DNA from: an uncultured Nitrososphaerota archaeon
Lineage (GTDB): Archaea > Asgardarchaeota > Njordarchaeia > Njordarchaeales > Njordarchaeaceae
Assembly (NCBI GenBank): GCA_964518475.1
Contig: CAZFGR010000002.1
Span: 43,699-107,698, forward strand
Direction: 5' to 3'
DNA: 64,000 nucleotides
A program made the translations under genes and the position numbers. Of the stretch, positions 61,661-64,000 are shown piece by piece; the first letter of the stretch is position 1; each line of letters begins with the position of its first letter. The notes beneath the pieces were generated by a model, which worked only from the letters and a program-made list of their open reading frames with translations, did not search any database and was not told where the DNA came from.

Positions 61661-62362
61661 ATGGCGTCCGAATACTTCGATACTGGAAATGATCCTAGGA
61701 TACTCTTTGCAATAAACACTCTTTCTAAAACCTTAAACATGCTAAGATCCAGAGAAACGGGCATCATTAAGCGTCTCGCATTCCGTAAAGAACTCGAAGA
61801 AATTCTCAAACTACTGAATAGAATCAGATACTTCTACCTCCCTAAGCAAGAACTCATACAACAAGAATATTTCAGAAAACTTGAAGAGAAAGCGCAAAAA
61901 CTATATCACACATTGATGGGGAACTATGACGAAGTAAAAAAGATCAGCGAAAATTTAGCGAAATGGTTACGTTTTGTACTAAGAAATCTCTTAAGCCTAA
62001 AAGAAAGATTAATAAGCTACCCTGACGACCCAGCCAGTGCCGTTCAAAGATGCTTTGTCAATATCTTATCCATTACCAAACATCCTCGAGCCGACAAATT
62101 ACGAGTAGCTTTAGTGACCGATGGCTCCGAAAAATTCGAGATAATTACCAATGATCCAAGCGTAAAAGCAGGTGAAGTTGTACTACTAGCCTTCTTACCA
62201 CCAAAGGAATTCCATGGAGTGGTAAGTGAAGGCATGTTTCTTGGACCAGATGGGATTAGAAAGGGTTCTGCAGAAAACGTTGGCGAATCCCCCACAATAT
62301 CTGAGGAAGAATCTCGGAAAATACTTAGTGAAATATACTCGTTTATCAAGCCCTCCTATTAA
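61661..62362 (+). CDS. Archaeal tRNA-binding protein with C-terminal EMAP/Trbp OB fold (COG2517-like)
   Basis: FDTGNDPRI N-terminus; KHPRADKL, ITND, LPPKEFHGVVSEGMF. Confidence 0.85.
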   Translation: MASEYFDTGNDPRILFAINTLSKTLNMLRSRETGIIKRLAFRKELEEILKLLNRIRYFYLPKQELIQQEYFRKLEEKAQKLYHTLMGNYDEVKKISENLAKWLRFVLRNLLSLKERLISYPDDPASAVQRCFVNILSITKHPRADKLRVALVTDGSEKFEIITNDPSVKAGEVVLLAFLPPKEFHGVVSEGMFLGPDGIRKGSAENVGESPTISEEESRKILSEIYSFIKPSY

Positions 62363-62411
62363 AATTACCGCACTCTCGCTCTAGGGAAGAGTTTTTAGGA
62401 GGCGATACCCG

Positions 62412-62885
62412 TTGGTGAGCGTTGAGACTCTCTTATATATAATCAGGGATAATAAGGTATTGCTTATCCTCAAGAAAAGAGGTCTCGGCAAAGGACTATA
62501 CAATGGTGTTGGTGGAAAGGTAGAAAAAGGTGAAAGCATCGAAGAGGCGGTTATACGTGAATGCTTAGAGGAAATAAACGTTAAACCCGAAAAACTGGAG
62601 TGGAGGGGATTACTAGAGTTTCACAACGATAACGAATTGTATGGTTTTGTCCACGTATTCGTGACTGAACATTTTAAAGGAGAACCGAAGGAGACTGAAG
62701 AAGCAAAACCTATTTGGTTTAACATAGATGATATTCCCTACGACAAGATGTGGGAAGACGACAAGTATTGGCTCCCGCACGTGTTATCAGGTAAGAAGAT
62801 CTATGGGCGATTCTGGTTTATAAATAATTGGGAAAAAATGATTCGAAAAGAAGTATATATATTAAAAGAAAAAAGGACTGATTAA
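62412..62885 (+). CDS. Nudix 8-oxo-dGTP diphosphatase (MTH1-like)
   Basis: KKRGLGKGLYNGVGGKVEKGE..RECLEE; MWEDD.YW. Confidence 0.9.
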   Translation: MVSVETLLYIIRDNKVLLILKKRGLGKGLYNGVGGKVEKGESIEEAVIRECLEEINVKPEKLEWRGLLEFHNDNELYGFVHVFVTEHFKGEPKETEEAKPIWFNIDDIPYDKMWEDDKYWLPHVLSGKKIYGRFWFINNWEKMIRKEVYILKEKRTD

Positions 62886-63856
62886 CCCGAGCTAGTCTTA
62901 CCCTCTTTTTTAAATGGATAGAACGTATCTTTTACCAAACTTCCCTTAATATTACCTTTAGCCAGCTCCTCCTCTAATCTCTTGATGAAGACTTCGTAGG
63001 GTATTTTCTTATCCCTTATGAAGGTAGATATTTTTACGGGTTCTGTTAATTGCTCTAACTCCTCTAAAGCTCTATCGATCACTGATGGATCTCTTTTGAC
63101 GTTACTATAATACTCTCCAAGTTGGAGAAAAGTATTAGAGACATAATAATAGAATGTTGTAGTGAATACGCATCCAATAATAGTACCGACTCCCTCTGTA
63201 ATAGCTCTCATTGGGTGGCGAATATATGAAGAGCCTGCAGTTACAGCACCCAATAACATAGCGAAGATTATCTGAATTATTTTTATAGTTAACGCATTAT
63301 TAGCAGACTGCATTTCGTAAGAAGATCCGATCTGATGAAGGAAGAGAAGATATAAGATTGTACCGATGAAGGTCAAAATACTGATTATTATTTCGAAGAC
63401 ATTTAAAATGATTGCAGATGAAGCTATACGCTCCAATATTTCCAAACGCCCCGTAATTAATACATTAGCAATTTGTTGAAGAAGTTCGATGGTGACTATT
63501 AGAAAAAGAAGAGAAAAAACTGCCACGAATAGAAATATCCCTCCTACTAGTGATAATCTCTCAATGCCCGAATAATCACCTGCTTTCCACAAGTAATAAC
63601 TTTCAAGAAAACCAAAGGCCAATGAGATTATACCAGAGATAAGGGAAGTGCAACTTACAGTTCTAATACCGATTACAAGATAAGCTACATTATCTGTTTG
63701 TATGGTCTTCGAAGCCGCATGACCAAGATAAAACAATCCATAAGCCGCGAGCCCATTCCACAAAAGAGCCACAAAAATCATAATATAGTACAACCGACCA
63801 AGACTTTCCAAGGGATTCTCACTAGGGAGGATTCCTGAAAGAGTACTAATACCCAA
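62882..63856 (-). CDS. Multi-pass membrane protein with C-terminal winged-helix (PCI-like) tail
   Basis: About 6 TM helices, then VKISTFI...LEEELAKGNIKGSLVKDTF. Confidence 0.75.
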   Translation of the reverse strand: MGISTLSGILPSENPLESLGRLYYIMIFVALLWNGLAAYGLFYLGHAASKTIQTDNVAYLVIGIRTVSCTSLISGIISLAFGFLESYYLWKAGDYSGIERLSLVGGIFLFVAVFSLLFLIVTIELLQQIANVLITGRLEILERIASSAIILNVFEIIISILTFIGTILYLLFLHQIGSSYEMQSANNALTIKIIQIIFAMLLGAVTAGSSYIRHPMRAITEGVGTIIGCVFTTTFYYYVSNTFLQLGEYYSNVKRDPSVIDRALEELEQLTEPVKISTFIRDKKIPYEVFIKRLEEELAKGNIKGSLVKDTFYPFKKEGKTSSG

Positions 63857-63916
63857 TATAAATCACCATAATAACAATTATTGTTAACCAATTACTTTTC
63901 AATAAATTGAAAATAC

Positions 63917-64000
63917 GGCTTTGTTTCAAATTTATCTTTTCGCCCCTTGTCCCGTCCGACCTTCTAAGCCTCTCTCAGCCGTTTAATTAGGGCTTAGTGC
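63917..64000 (-). mobile_element. Right end of another copy of the IS5/IS903-like element (continues beyond the window)
   Basis: Reverse complement matches about 15287-15371, including CGGGACAAGGGGC..AAAAGATAAATTTGAAACAAAGCC. Confidence 0.85.

Noticed and set aside
320-62349. Numerous 60-150 aa antisense ORFs in the track (e.g. 26227-26679, 53324-53656)
   Set aside because: They are shadows of well-supported genes on the opposite strand, with no motifs or SD
1-64000. Genome-wide TAG reassignment
   Set aside because: purC, purL, purD and many other genes end at TAG exactly where homologs end
1-64000. CRISPR array, cas genes, tRNA/rRNA genes, provirus or integrase
   Set aside because: No regularly spaced repeats, cloverleaf/rRNA-like GC-rich segments or hallmark proteins were seen by eye; a scan was not run

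Overview
Archaeal chromosomal window, roughly 40% GC, with GGTGA/GGAGG Shine-Dalgarno motifs and a thermophile-like amino-acid composition. A Zn-ribbon/winged-helix protein, a PCI-like wH tail and FG-GAP surface proteins suggest an Asgard archaeon (Njordarchaeia-like); this is inference. 1-12.7 kb is a compact de novo purine cluster: purC(partial)-purS-purQ-purL-purF-purF2-purD-purT-purE-purM-purP-purP2. Next comes a decayed accessory patch (hypothetical + PaREP1/HEPN, an MNT pseudogene, a degraded and nested IS5/IS903-like element). After it is a two-gene surface module: a secreted 746-aa mosaic protein plus a membrane-anchored 8-repeat FG-GAP propeller, with an orphan propeller paralog about 8 kb away. 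The rest holds peptide/amino-acid fermentation genes (iorAB, thiolase, ADP-forming acyl-CoA synthetase, dipeptide epimerase, TldD/PmbA), three VapBC pairs, a broken MNT-HEPN pair, ABC exporters, a large Ig-repeat surface protein, XPD helicase, a ModE-type regulator with tupABC and a palindromic operator candidate, LrpA, two further interrupted genes (GNAT with one amber codon, GT2 with poly-T frameshifts), and an IS end at the right edge. No rRNA, tRNA or CRISPR array was seen. Best candidate for an undescribed system: the secreted CBM-like/inserted 'GG|CP' domain/hydrophobic-hairpin protein with its FG-GAP partner and orphan paralog.
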